Origin: Phyllobates terribilis
Lineage: Eukaryota
DNA length: 64,000 nucleotides
Assembly (NCBI RefSeq): GCF_046119375.1
Contig: NW_027362765.1
Span: 257,114,001-257,178,000, forward strand
Direction: 5' to 3'
In this document: positions 13,601-26,411 of the stretch, piece after piece
How positions within the stretch are numbered: position 1 is the first letter of the stretch
Layout: each line of letters opens with the position of its first letter
Notes under the pieces: generated by a model
The model's input: only the letters and a program-made list of their open reading frames with translations
Told to the model about the DNA's origin: nothing
The model's database searches: none
Position numbers and translations under genes: made by a program

Positions 13601-13896
13601 GTATGCGGTCGAGACTCACGGCTACTAAAACCTGACCGTGTGGAAGACAGACCGGAGGTGGTGGTGCCCAGGTAACTGGAAGTATTATCTGCCATCCAAT
13701 TAATAACCTGTTCACACTGATCAGTTCGCAATACGGGTGTTGTAGTGTGCTTCCCAAGTAATTCGGTCAAGAAGTGGGAGCGAGAAGATGTGACAGTTGG
13801 TTGTGGCACATTTTCACATTGGCCACAGCCTCGTCCTCTACACGCACCATCACCAGAACATCCAGTTCCACGTCCCTTGCCACGCGCCTTGCCCAT
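10618..13896 (-). pseudogene. hAT (ZBED/Ac-like) transposase pseudogene
   Basis: Contains a BED finger (VWNSF...CTTC...MIRHMSAKH), catalytic HLTTDTWTS and VVCDNGRN, a CLAH motif, DVPTRWNST and the dimerisation domain YWVSK..W.EL..YALEVL.CPA. Broken into at least 5 ORFs. Confidence 0.93.
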
Positions 13897-13959
13897 TGTA
13901 AATGAAGTAAAATAGCTTACACTCGCACTATCAATGGAAAAAGGGTAATAAATAGGAGA

Positions 13960-15697
13960 TTAGAACCGTGGAAGAGGAAAACCACAGTTCTATTTCTCTG
14001 GCCTACACCAGAATCTTTTAAACAGATATATTTGTGTCTGAACAGTCAGGGAGACACTATTACTGTTTTTTTTAATGTAAAAAGGCCAAAAGCTGCAAAA
14101 TACTGAGATTTGAACCGTGGAACTGCAAAACCAAACTTCTAGTTATCTGGCCTACACCAGAATATTTTAAACAGATATATTTGTGTCTGAACAGTCAGGG
14201 AGACACTATTACTGTTTTTTTTAATGTAAAAAAGGCCAAAAGCTGAATAATACTGAGATTTGAACCGTGGATCTGCAAAACCAAACTTCTAGTTATCTGG
14301 CCTACACCAGAATATTTTAAACAGATATATTTGTGTCTGAACAGTCAAGGAGACACTATTACTGTTTTTTTATGTAAAAAAGGCCAAAAGCTGCATAATA
14401 CAGAGATTTGAACCGTGGAACTGCAAAACCAAACTTCTAGTTATCTGGCCTACACCAGAATATTTTAAGCAGATATATTTGTGTCTGAACAGTCAGGGAG
14501 ACACTATTACTGTTTTTTTATGTAAAAAAGGCCAAAAGCTGCATAATACAGAGATTTGAACCGTGGAACTGCAAAACCAAACTTCTAGTTATCTGGCCTA
14601 CACCAGAATATTTTAAACAGATATATTTGTGTCTGAACAGTCAGGGAGACACTATTAGTGTTTTTTTTATGTAAAAAGGCCAAAAGCTGCATAATACAGA
14701 GATTTGAACAGTGCAACTGCAAAACCAAAGTTCTAGTTATCTGGCCTACGCCAGAATATTTTAAACAGATATATTTGTGTCTGAACAGTCAGGGAGACAC
14801 TATTACTGTTTTTTTTTTATGTAAAAAAGGCCAAAAGCTGCATAATACTGAGATTTGAACCGTGGAACTGCAAAACCAAACTTCTAGTTATCTGGCCTAC
14901 ACCAGAATATTTTAAACAGATATATTTGTGTCTGAACAGTCAGGGAGACACTATTACTGTTTTTTTTTTATGTAAAAAAGGCCAAAAGCTGCATAATACT
15001 GAGATTTGAACCGTGGAACTGCAAAACCAAACTTCTAGTTATCTGGCCTACACCAGAATATTTTAAACAGATATATTTGTGTCTGAACAGTCAGGGAGAC
15101 ACTATTACTGTTTTTTTTATGTAAAAAAAGGCCAAAAGCTGGATAATACTGAGATTTGAACCGTCGAACTGCAAAACCAAACTTCTAGTTATCTGGCCTA
15201 CACCAGAATCTTTTAAACAGATATATTTGTGTCTGAACAGTCAGGGAGACCCTATTACTGTTTTTTTTATGTAAAAAAGGCCAAAAGCTGCATAATACTG
15301 AGATTTGAACCGTGGAACTGCAAAACCAAGCTTCTAGTTATCTGGCCTACACCAGAATATTTTAAACAGATATATTTGTGTCTGAACAGTCAGGGAGACA
15401 CCATTACTGTTTTTTTTATGTAAAAAAGGTCAAAAGCTGGATAATACTGAGATTTGAACCGTGGAACTCAAAACCAAACTTCTAGTTATCTGGCCTACAC
15501 CAAAATATTTTAAACAGTTATATTTGTGTCTGAACAGTCAGGGAGACACTATTACTGTTTTTTTTATGTAAAAAAGGCCAAAAGCTGCATAATACAGAGA
15601 TTTGAACCATGGAACTGCAAAACCAAGCTTCTAGTTATCTGGCCTACACCAGAATATTTTAAACAGATATATTGGTGTCTGAACAGTCACAGACACA
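13960..15697. repeat. ~149-bp tandem repeat, ~11.5 copies, upstream of the hAT transposase start
   Basis: TTTGAAC recurs at 14109, 14259, 14407, 14555, 14703, 14854, 15005, 15155, 15304, 15453 and 15601. Length variation comes from the poly-T and poly-A tracts. Confidence 0.95.
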
Positions 15698-17084
15698 CTC
15701 AATTTTTTTTTTTTGGGGGGGGGGGGATACCAAAAAGTGAATAAGATGCCTATTTGTACAGTCTGACTGAGGAAAAAAAAATACAGGATTTAGATGAGAA
15801 AAAAAGGATTTTTCCTGGCCCCTGAGACCGGGGGATAAGTTTAGCAATATGACCAGCAGGAGCACACAGGACTGTAATGCAGTGTTTGTTGGTATAACCA
15901 CTGCGTCTCCTATACAGCCTGCCTGCCTGCCTGATATCTGGGTTGGATATTAGTGCTGAGAAGGACTGTTTGTTTGATTTGGCTGGCTGTAGAGACCCTA
16001 CACTAACTATTTCACAGTATAAATCTCTCCCTAGCTCTGCAGCACTGACCCTACACTGTCTGATCCGGAGCGACTGTGTCCAAGATGGCGGCGCCCGGTT
16101 TTAAATACTCGAGGTGACGCTGTGCGGCCAGTCAATCACTGTAATGCCCACAAACAACATGGCTGCGGCATTACAGTGACTGGCTGGCAATCCCTGCATG
16201 TTCATTGGCTCTGTAAATAGCGCCAAACGTGCAGGGCGGAGACCCAAGCTCCCGCCCGAGTAACCCGGAAATGCTCGGTGCTCGCCGAACATCCCGAGTA
16301 GCGAGATGCTCGGGCGAGTACCGAGCAGTGTCGAGCATGCTCGCTCAACACTATACACTATATTAAGAGGCACATATGCATTTGTTCCCAATATGTGACA
16401 TGAAATCAGAATAAACCTTTCCCGTTTTAGGTCAATTAGGATTACCATAATTTTTAATATTTGCCAAATGCCAGAATAATGAGAAGAGAGAATGTTTTTA
16501 AGGCATTTTTTTTACTTACTGCAAAGTCAAAAGTCCTATTAGTAGTGATGGTTTTCTTTGCTCTGTTATTGCAAGGGTTAAATCAGTTCTGACTATCTCC
16601 TGGAGCTCTCCCACCTGAATTGCCTCAGCTATTCTGTGTTGGGCACTCCTCTCAGGTATTTAGGCTCACCTCTTGCACTAGGGAATTGCTGGTTATAGTT
16701 ACAACTTCTTGGTTTGGTCGTGAAGGAGGGTTCTGAATTAATAGCAGTTGGTTGGTGTAGTTTACAGGAGTTTACAGGTTTGTGTAATTCTATACACTTC
16801 TGTTCCATACCTCTCTGGGTCCGGGAAGAAACAGATCAACGTGCATAAAAGAGAATAGAAAGGTATGAGACCCCAGCATCTCCACTTTCAGGGGTAATCT
16901 GGGGTACAGGGATTGGCTAACCCATGGGTGTCATAGCAACCCAGTGGTGACTCACGATGAGGTCACGGGCATGCCGATGGCAGAGTTAATTAGGCGCACG
17001 CATGGTGGCGCATGTTAAATGCTGCTGTTAGAGATTGACAGCGGCATTTTACAGGTTAACGATCGGTCCACCAGAGTTTGTTAG

Positions 17085-17869
<785 letters not shown>

Positions 17870-17953
17870 TATATATATATACACATACACACATAAGGTA
17901 CATATATATAGGCATATAAAGTGCATATATATTTATTTACACACACAAAAAGT

Positions 17954-17996
<43 letters not shown>

Positions 17997-18747
17997 CACA
18001 CTACTACAGACATATGACATGCACATACATACTCTCAGCCCGGAATCCTCCCAGCACTGATACTCCCTCACTCTCAGCCCGGCATGCTCCAGCGCTCTCT
18101 CTCCTGTCTCGACTACTGCTGGTGACATCACAACAGAGGGAGGAGGAATCCCGCTGGAATCCTCCATCTTGTTCTCCTCACAGCCCTGGCGCTGCCCACC
18201 TCCTCTCATTGGTTTCTGCAGTCCCCTGCTTGATTTCATTGGCTGAGCTTGCTAGAGACAGCAGCTGCTGGACATCTGAGCCAGGTGCGGCCTATGAGTC
18301 ACATATGTAAATTAGTCATGCTGCCAGCCTGCCCTGCTAACAACGCCCATGGGGCCTAGTGAGCAGAAGCAAAGAGGGGGGCCCAGACCATTCAGAGCCC
18401 CCCTCTGCTCAATGGGCCCCATACACCAGTAATGCCAGTAATGCCCTGATGGTGGCCCTGATGCTCAGCATTGATAGTGCCTTTTAAGATGTGTAAGCTT
18501 CCCATATCATAATCACTAATCCATCCCCACAACATTATGAAATACAGCTGAAAGCATGCCTCGGCATTTTCACTGTCAGTTCACTCTGCACAGATGCTCT
18601 GCAAAGCAAGCTGTCAAAGTATAGGGTGTGCTAACAGTTGCTGCATGAGCAGTGACTGTAGCCTCTCCGAGCATGCCTCTATGACTGAAGGGGAATAAAG
18701 TTAATTTTCTCCCAGTAGCCACACTTTTAGTAATATAGCATTGTAAC

Positions 18748-19690
18748 TAGAGATGAGCGAACCTTTTGATGTTCGGGTTCGTTGACTAGACCCGAACATC
18801 AAAAAAAATTAGTGTTCGAGCACCCAAGCCCGAACACGAACGGGGCTCTGAATATCCCTGGTTTCCCACACTTTCATCAGCATGACAGAGCGTAAAACAG
18901 GGGCTGTGATCGGTGGTAACATCATCACAGCACTGCGGGATCACACTCTCAGATGTCAGCTTGATCCCGCAGCTGTGACAGTGACCCACGGTAAAAAGCT
19001 TACTGTGGGTCATAGGCGCCGGCTGATGGGACTACTACCCAAATCAGCCGGCACCTGCTGACACTATTAACAAGTGGCGCAAGCGGCGCTGGTGGGAGGA
19101 GTAATCTTTCATCAGCCGGCACTTGTGCAGTAAAAGTGAACGTAAAAAAAAAAGTTACAATTAAAAAATAATTATTTACATAAAAATAATAAACACATTA
19201 TACTATTGAAATAAAGAAAAAATAATAAACCACCATAATTCTCACCTATCTGCCGTAGCAGGCAATATTAAGTGTCCCACGCAGATCTCACTGATAGCAC
19301 AGCCACATCCAGCAGCCCGCGGTACAATGACAGGAGCGTGAGCGCTTCAGCAGTGTATCGCGATGAGCTGCTGTGAGACAGGTCACGCAAATTCACCTGC
19401 TGATGAGCTCGTGTGACCTCACTTACTGCTCTGCCGAGTGAGAAAATTCTCATGCAGCAGTGGTGCCGTAAGTGAGGTCACAGGAGCTCTCATCTGATTG
19501 AACTCCAGCGACCTCTCTCACTGAAGCTCAGCACTGTACACTGACAGGAGTGATTACAGTCCTGTCAGTGTATAGCCGGCTGTCTTGTAGACCAGTCACA
19601 TCAGTGACTGCTGATGTGACTGTCCAACAAATGATCGCCGTGGGACACTCGGGATTATGTCATCATGGCGGACAGGTGAGGGATATGGTT
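18748..19690. mobile_element. Non-autonomous hAT-type fragment
   Basis: Begins TAGAGATGAGCGAAC with GTTCGG subterminal repeats, resembling the hAT TIRs in this window. The right end is unclear. Confidence 0.5.
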
Positions 19691-20068
19691 GTTTCTAATC
19701 AGTACTTGGGATTTATAACAATTTCTGTGTTTTTGTTTGTCCACTCGCTTTTTGAGGATTGACCACAGGTTCTCAGTTGAATTGAGATCCGTGAAGTTTC
19801 CTGGCCATGGATCCAAAATATCAATACTTTCTTCACCTAGCAACTTAGTTATCACTTTTGCCTTGTGATATGGTGCTACATCATGTTTGAAAAAGCATTA
19901 TTCATCACCAAATGGCTCCTGGATGTTGAGAGAAGTTGCTCTTGGAGTATGCTTAGATACCATTCCTTGTTCTTAGGCAAAATTGTGAGTGAGCCCACAT
20001 CCTTGGATGAAAAGCAATCCCACACATGAATGGTTTCAGAATCCTTAACTGTTGGCATGACACAGGAC

Positions 20069-22090
20069 CAGGACCAACATCACTACCCGCCGCACCTGGG
20101 CAAGTGCCTGGGCCCTGAGAAAGCGGGGGCTGAATCGCCTTTGGGGATAATGGCGCGCTATGGGGTCTGTGAGTCGGGAGGACCCTGTGCTTTAAACTGC
20201 TTGCAATACTTACCTCTCTCTGTTCCTCTGCAGCTCAGGCGACTTCCGTGTCTTCTGACTCTGTACCGTCTCAGAACTGAGGGTGGCGCAATGATGTGAC
20301 TACAGCGCGCCCTCTGTGCTGAGCAGTCACAGTACAGAGATGCTTCGAAGACGGTACCTGCGGCCAGCAAGGAGAGGTGAATATTTGATTTTTTTAAATG
20401 TATGGAGCATTACATTGAGCCCATTCTGTATGGAGCATTATATGGGGTCCATTCTGTATGCAGCATTATATAGGGCCCATTCTATATTGAGCATTATATG
20501 GGGCCCACTCTGTATGGCGCATTATATGGAGCCCATTCTATATGGAGCATTATATGGGGCCCATTCTGTATGCAGCATTATATAGGGCCCATTCTATATT
20601 GAGCATTATATGGGGCCCTTTCTGTATGGAGCATTATATGGGGCCCATTCTGTATGGCACATTGTATGGAGCATTACATTGAGCCCATTCTGTATGGAGC
20701 ATTATATGGGGTCTATTCTATATGCAGCATTATATGGGGCCCATTCTGTATGGCGCATTATATGGGGCCCATTCTGCATGGAGCATTATATGGGGCTTAT
20801 ACTGTATGGAGCAATATATGGGGCCCATTCTGTATGGAGCATTATATGGGGCCCATTCTGTATGGAGCAATATATGGGGTCCATACTGTATGGAGCATTA
20901 TATGGGGCCCATTTTGTATGGAGCATTACATGGGTCCCATTCTGTATGCAGCATTATATGGGGCCCATTCTATATGGAGGATTATATGGGGCCTATACTG
21001 TATTGAGCAATATATGTGGCTCATACTGTATGGCACATTATATGGGGCCCATTCTGTATGGAGCATTATATGGGGCCCATTCTGTATGGGGCATTATATG
21101 CAGCCCATTCTGCATGGAGCATTATGTGGCATCTATTATTCTGTATGGAGCATTATATGGGGTCCATTATTCTCTATGGAGCATTATATGAGGCCCATTA
21201 TTCTGTGTGGAGCATTACATGGGGTCCATTATTCTGTATGGAGCATTACATGGGGTCCATTATTCTGTATGGAGCATTACATGGGGTCCATTATTCTGTG
21301 TGGAGCATTACATGGGGCCCATTATTCTATATGGAGCATTATATGGGGTCCATTATTCGGTATGGAGCATTATATGAGGCCCATTATTCTCTGTGGAGCA
21401 TTACATGGGGTTCATTATTCTGTATGGAGCATTATATGGGGTCCATTATTCTGTATGGAGCATTATATGGGGTCCATTATTCTGTGTTGAGCATTACATG
21501 GGGTCCATTATTTTGTATGGAGCATTATATGGGGCTCATTATTCTGTATGAAGCAATATATGGGGCTCATTATACTGTATTGAGGACTATGTGGTGCCCA
21601 CAATACTGTATGGAGGACTATGTGGTGCTCATAATACTGTATGGAGGACTATATGGTGCCTATAATACTGTATGGAGGACTATGTGGCGCCCATTATACT
21701 GTATGGAGGACTATGTGGGGCACATTATACTGTATGGAGGACTATGTGGGGCCATTATACGGTATGGAGAACTATGTGGGGCACATTATACTGTATGGAG
21801 GACTATATGGTGCCCATAATACTGTATTGAGGACTATGCTGTTCGGTCTAAAATGAACTTTTGAATCCCCCCGGTCTGCACTGTGCGCTGCGAGGATTCG
21901 GCGGTTTCTGAGCCATTGTAGAATTTACAATAGATATCACTCATGTAATGTAAGAAGTGAAATCTTTCTCCTTGTACTATATATATATATATTTCTCTGC
22001 GGTATCTGTGCATCATGAATCATGATATGTGTTAAACGGGCCACTGAGACTCTTTCACCCACGGCCCACAAAAACCTGGAGCCGGCCCTG
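20069..22090. mobile_element. Non-autonomous hAT element (~2 kb) with 8-bp TSD CACAGGAC
   Basis: CACAGGAC at 20061-20068 and 22091-22098. Ends are CAGGACC.. and ..GCCGGCCCTG. Confidence 0.85.
20400..21830. repeat. 28-31 bp minisatellite (GGAGCATTATATGGGGCCCATT(ATT)CTGTAT) inside the hAT MITE
   Basis: Directly visible. It accounts for the repetitive MEHYMGPILY ORFs. Confidence 0.95.
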
Positions 22091-23265
22091 CACAGGACTC
22101 ACTGTAGCTTTCACCTTTTCTTCCTCTAGATGTCCCAAAACATATGATGGGACTTCATCAGAGAAAGTAACTTACAGGGATGAAATGCAGAGGAGTAGGG
22201 TAAAGGTATTTTTTCCAATGATGTTACTGTTTGGGACATCTGGAAGGATGATTCAGGCTAAAAGTAGAGCAGAAACTTGTCAAAAAGAGAGTTTAATAAG
22301 TAGTATTTTCAGACTCTATATTATTCCTGTGCTTTCTCTGTAAGTCCCTGCTTTCCTTTAATGTTCTTGATTCTTGAAACATAAGACTACATGCCTATTC
22401 TGCATTCCTGCTCCTGGCTCAGACATATATACTTGCATCTTCATATTGTCTTGTCTCCATCTCCTTTGTCTTACCCTATTAGTCTCTGGTGTTCTTCTTG
22501 ATCCCTCCCTCACGCCAATGTGCTGTATTCAGCTGTCCTACTTTCTGCTGCTCCAGCAGCTGCTTTCTTACACAGTGCATGCTGTCAGATAAATAGATTG
22601 TTCCAGCAGTAATTACAGCTGTGACTATATGTCGATGGTGTTTACACCATCTCGGCGCTGCATCCCCCTCTGGGAACCTGTTACATCCTCCTGTTGGTAG
22701 AAATGAGGAATGACCTGTGTGGAAGTAGCTGCTGGAAGTGGTCTCAAGGAGTTTTATGAATGAAACCTTTCTCAGTTTCTAGTATGTATCTCCTCTGAGG
22801 TGTCTTTTATCCTCCTGTTGTTTCATGCATTTTTATGCGCGTTTGAAGTAGGCCTGGTGACTAGTGATGGATGATCGCTGTTCACGTGTCTTCTCTGATA
22901 TCTTTTCCTATTCTTCATACTTTCTCTAATTTTAGTCAATTTCCCTCAGTTCTTTCTCCTCCTTCCCTCTGCGCCACTTTTATATGTACTCCCAAATTTC
23001 AATCTAATTTTTCCTTTTGTAGAGCAGTTTATCCTCTGAAATACACATCCTCCAGTCTTTATTGGATACATTTATTTGTTTTTCTGGAAATGCTCGTTGT
23101 TAATTCTCCATATGTCACCCCTTCTGTTTCTCTTGCACTATGCTTATCTTATTGAATTTACGATAAATTCTGGTAGCTTTTGCCTTTGCTTATGCCTCTA
23201 ATAAGAAGAATAGAGAATTTTAGCATTCAGCTAATATTTTACTATATTATACTTATCATAAGGTG

Positions 23266-23745
23266 AGAGGAACCTATCAAGTCCCCCATGCCCCCAGAAC
23301 CACCAGCAGTTGTGCCTACATATTTAAAGACCCTGCCTAACAGTCCCTGTATTACATTACACACACAAACAGATCTTTAGAAAAAGTATTTCTAAAGTCT
23401 ATTGATGATATGTAAATGAGGCCTTTGACTAGTCGATAGGGCGTTAGTGTCCCCAGACTAGTCAGCCCACTTAGCATGTTATCACACCCCTGTGGGCACG
23501 ATAACATAACTTATAAGCATCAGAGTCATCGCTAGCGCTACACTTACCTCGCGCTTGCGGGCAGATTCTTCCCCTTTCATCATTGATCCTCTTACGTTGG
23601 GTGTAACAGTGCCGGATTCAGAGAGGCGCACTGCGCATGATCGGAAGTCTCTGCACTTCCGATCATGCACAGTGCGACTCTCTGAAGCTGGCACTGTTAC
23701 ACCCGACTAGTCAAAGGCCTCATTTACATATCATAAACGGATTTT
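23266..23745. mobile_element. Truncated palindromic MITE (T2/Kolobok-like)
   Basis: Internal inverted repeat ATATGTAAATGAGGCCTTTGACTAGTCG (~23409) / CGACTAGTCAAAGGCCTCATTTACATAT (~23703). Confidence 0.5.
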
Positions 23746-23837
23746 ATGCCTGAGCAGCAGCGATGGAGCAATAGGAATGTTACTGGATGAGAAATAGTTA
23801 TTTTATTACATTTAAAAATAAAAAAAGCCTGCATAAC

Positions 23838-24479
23838 TGTCACAGGTGTGTCAGGTTTGACAGGCAGTCATACGGGGTCCGGCTGTAGAAGGTCACTGCG
23901 TTTGGCCTAGCAAACATCTTCCTGATTCTTTCATGATCCCTCTCTCTCTAGGACCCAGCGGTGATCCTCACCTTGCTTGGGAATTATACCTTTAGGACCC
24001 AGCGATGAGCCTCACCTTTTGCTGCTAATTACCACACCCTTGCTGTATCCTTCAATACACTCAGTTTCTCCAAAGAGTCGCTGGTGATAGAGTGTTCTGA
24101 TCTATTCAGGCGTGGAATTCTAGTAGTCGTCTAGAATTTTCTTGGAGTTTCTTCATGGATTGTTGCCTTGTTTTCCCCAATGTCATCTTTAAGCTAAGTG
24201 TATTCCCTTGTTTGTTTCCCTTGTGTGTAGTCTAGTTTGCAGTGGGGCTGACTAGTGCTTACCCCTTCCCTTCCCTACCTAGGGCCTGGCTTTAGGGTCA
24301 GCTAGGGCCAGGTTTCCTGCTCGGCGATAGGTGCAGAACCTATATAGGGTCCATGGGGGAATAAGGGTTTGTCGTTTTGAGCTGTTTAGGGGTCTCCACT
24401 CTCTGTTTCCCCACTTGTAGGGAACCTTTCACTTTTCCTGTCGTTATACTCTGGGTTCCCCCCCATACCCAGCATGACA
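23838..24479. mobile_element. Solo LTR (642 bp, TGTCA...TGACA) with 5-bp TSD ATAAC
   Basis: ATAAC at 23833-23837 and 24480-24484. It is the reverse-complement homolog of the split LTR at 38630-38994 / 47405-47623. Confidence 0.85.
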
Positions 24480-26067
24480 ATAACCCCTACAACAAGGTGA
24501 AAGGTTTTCAATCAAATATTTTCATCTGAGATCTCCAAGAACTTTGATCTAGCCATGGTAAGATATTAGAAACCAGAATGACCAGTTATTATGAGTCTCA
24601 GTTTTTTAAGTACATTCACATAGGTTGGATACACAGTGGATTTTTTTGTGTGTGAAATCTTCAGTAAATCCTTAGCATTACCATAAGAAGATCTGCACAG
24701 TTTGGTGTGGATTTTGCCACTACAAACTTTCGGTCCTGTGTGGACGTACCATTACTCTTCCAATGTTGCTCCTTCACTATTCTGAATCACGTATGGCTTT
24801 GCCCAAACAAAACGATCTCATTTTCTATGTTTCATTCATTTACTCTTCGATCAACCTTCTTTACTCAGTTTTTTCTACCTTTTCCCTTCCTCTCCCCCTC
24901 TGTCCCCTGACAGTGTCAGGTGCATTTATCTAGCTGCCTCTCTGGTTGAGGATTAACACAACTGACCCACTTCTGAGACAGAGCTTGTTTGTTGTATGAA
25001 TAGTTGTGTTAGCAGCAGGGAACAGGACGCTCTGATGCCACGATTAATAAATGAGCCTCCTGTGAACAGCTGCGTCAGCCCCTGATCTGTCCAACCTGAG
25101 CCGGTCTGGATAGGAGAAATGAACTGGAATTTGATGGGAGACAAGAGAAAGGAAATAAAGTGGAAATCATGATTATTTATAATTCACTTTCTTGTGTATC
25201 ACAGATCCCTTATCCCTGGCAGTAGGAATCTGTCTCTAACTAATTATCCATTTTGCTCAAGGGGTTGCCTTGTGTTTGATCTCAAACTCTTCAATGTACA
25301 GAGTTTCATAATCTTTATGCTCTCCGGTAGTGGAGAAAGCAAAGTTCACTAGCATCAATCTAAATCTTCTGACTGTGAGTAATGATGGTTATCATCGTTC
25401 ATTAAGGGTTAGATTTTTAATTTGATGACTCAATTTATAGCAGCCGTTCTATATCTGAAATTGGATTTTAGTGGATGTGTTATTGTAGCATTTAAAGTTT
25501 TAAATTGTACATTATGGTTTAAGAAACCGAATACGATGATGTGGCAAGAGATAGAAAAGAACATTAATCTACTGAAACATGGGCAATAGTCAATAAATAT
25601 GTGAGGAGATCAATGATCAGGTATAGTCTCACTGATTTATAAAGACCTACTGTGACATAGATTTATAGCAGGTTGATTCACCAGTCTACAGCCCCGAAAA
25701 TCGCACATTTTGTTACAAGTAAATTGTTTGCTAACCATTTCTAAATAAATAAAGAGCTGACATTTTATTCCAATCAAATGAATATTTAAATAGCCAACAA
25801 CAAACCTATTCCATCATTTCTATTACAAGCTTTATCATAATGCTGCAAAAATAGGAGAAAACTGCCCCTATTTACGGTACTCTACCTGTTAAGTACAGCA
25901 CTATTACTGCTCCATACTCCATTGCCTTCCTTCTACTTCATCTTTGTTATTGTGCTACAATGCTGGGTATAGGTCTTGTGGTGCTCATGTTACTGGCAGA
26001 ATATCATTTTATCACAGTGACCTATTCAAGTCTTTGTGTTCCTGATGTATTCCTAGGTTATTCTTAA

Positions 26068-26411
26068 AGAGGTTGTCCACTACTTATATATTGATGCCCT
26101 ATCCGTAGGCCCAGCACCCCCACCAATCAGCTGTTATCAGTGTCTGCGGCTGCCGGCCGGAAGTACTTGCGTCACTTGGCCGTCTAGTTGTAGTAGTCGC
26201 CGCGGGGTACTACACATCCGCCTCCCATTGAATTGAATAGGAGAAGGATGTACAGTACCCTGCGGTGGCCACTACAACTAGACAGCCAAGATCAGCAACT
26301 AAGTACTTCTGGCCGGTGGCCGCCAACACTGATAACAGCTGATCAGCGGGGGTGCCGGGTGCCGGACCCCGGACGATCAGACATTGATGACCTAAGTAGT
26401 GGACAACCTCT
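26068..26411. mobile_element. T2/Kolobok-type MITE, 344 bp, TTAA TSD
   Basis: TTAA|AGAGGTTGTCCACTACTT ... AAGTAGTGGACAACCTCT|TTAA, with a palindromic interior. Confidence 0.9.

Larger units (their letters stand above)
6292..16353 (-). mobile_element. hAT DNA transposon, 10,062 bp, with 8-bp TSD TACACTAT
   Basis: TIRs TGGTGTTGAGCGAGCA / TGCTCGCTCAACACTA. TACACTAT occurs at 6284-6291 and 16354-16361. Internal transposase remnants are present. Confidence 0.95.
6262..16533 (+). mobile_element. Tc1 left-TIR fragment (6262-6291 plus 16354-16533) split by the hAT insertion
   Basis: Joining the two pieces reproduces the TIR at 36121-36330 (CAGTTGAAACCAGAA.TTTACATACACTAT...GGATTACCATAATTTTTAATATTTGCC). 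Confidence 0.85.
19690..22130 (-). pseudogene. Tc1-like DD35E (Traveler-type) transposase fragment, 19690-20068 plus 22091-22130, split by a hAT MITE
   Basis: The joined translation reads GRKGESYSESCV|MPTVKDSETIHVW...KHDVAPYHKAKVITKLLGEESIDILDPWPGNFTDLNSTENLW, with 35 residues between the D and the E. Confidence 0.75.

Noticed and set aside
16540-16920. Possible LTR remnant
   Set aside because: The composition is LTR-like, but I could not locate TG...CA ends or a TSD.
20316-21856. Several 70-280 aa ORFs rich in MEHYMGPILY / WSIIWGPF
   Set aside because: They are translation artefacts of a stop-poor minisatellite.
25255-25375. Minus-strand open stretch RRFRLMLVNFAFSTTGEHKDYETLYIEEFEIKHKATP*
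   Set aside because: It is short, has a weak acceptor, matches no family I recognise and has no partner exons.
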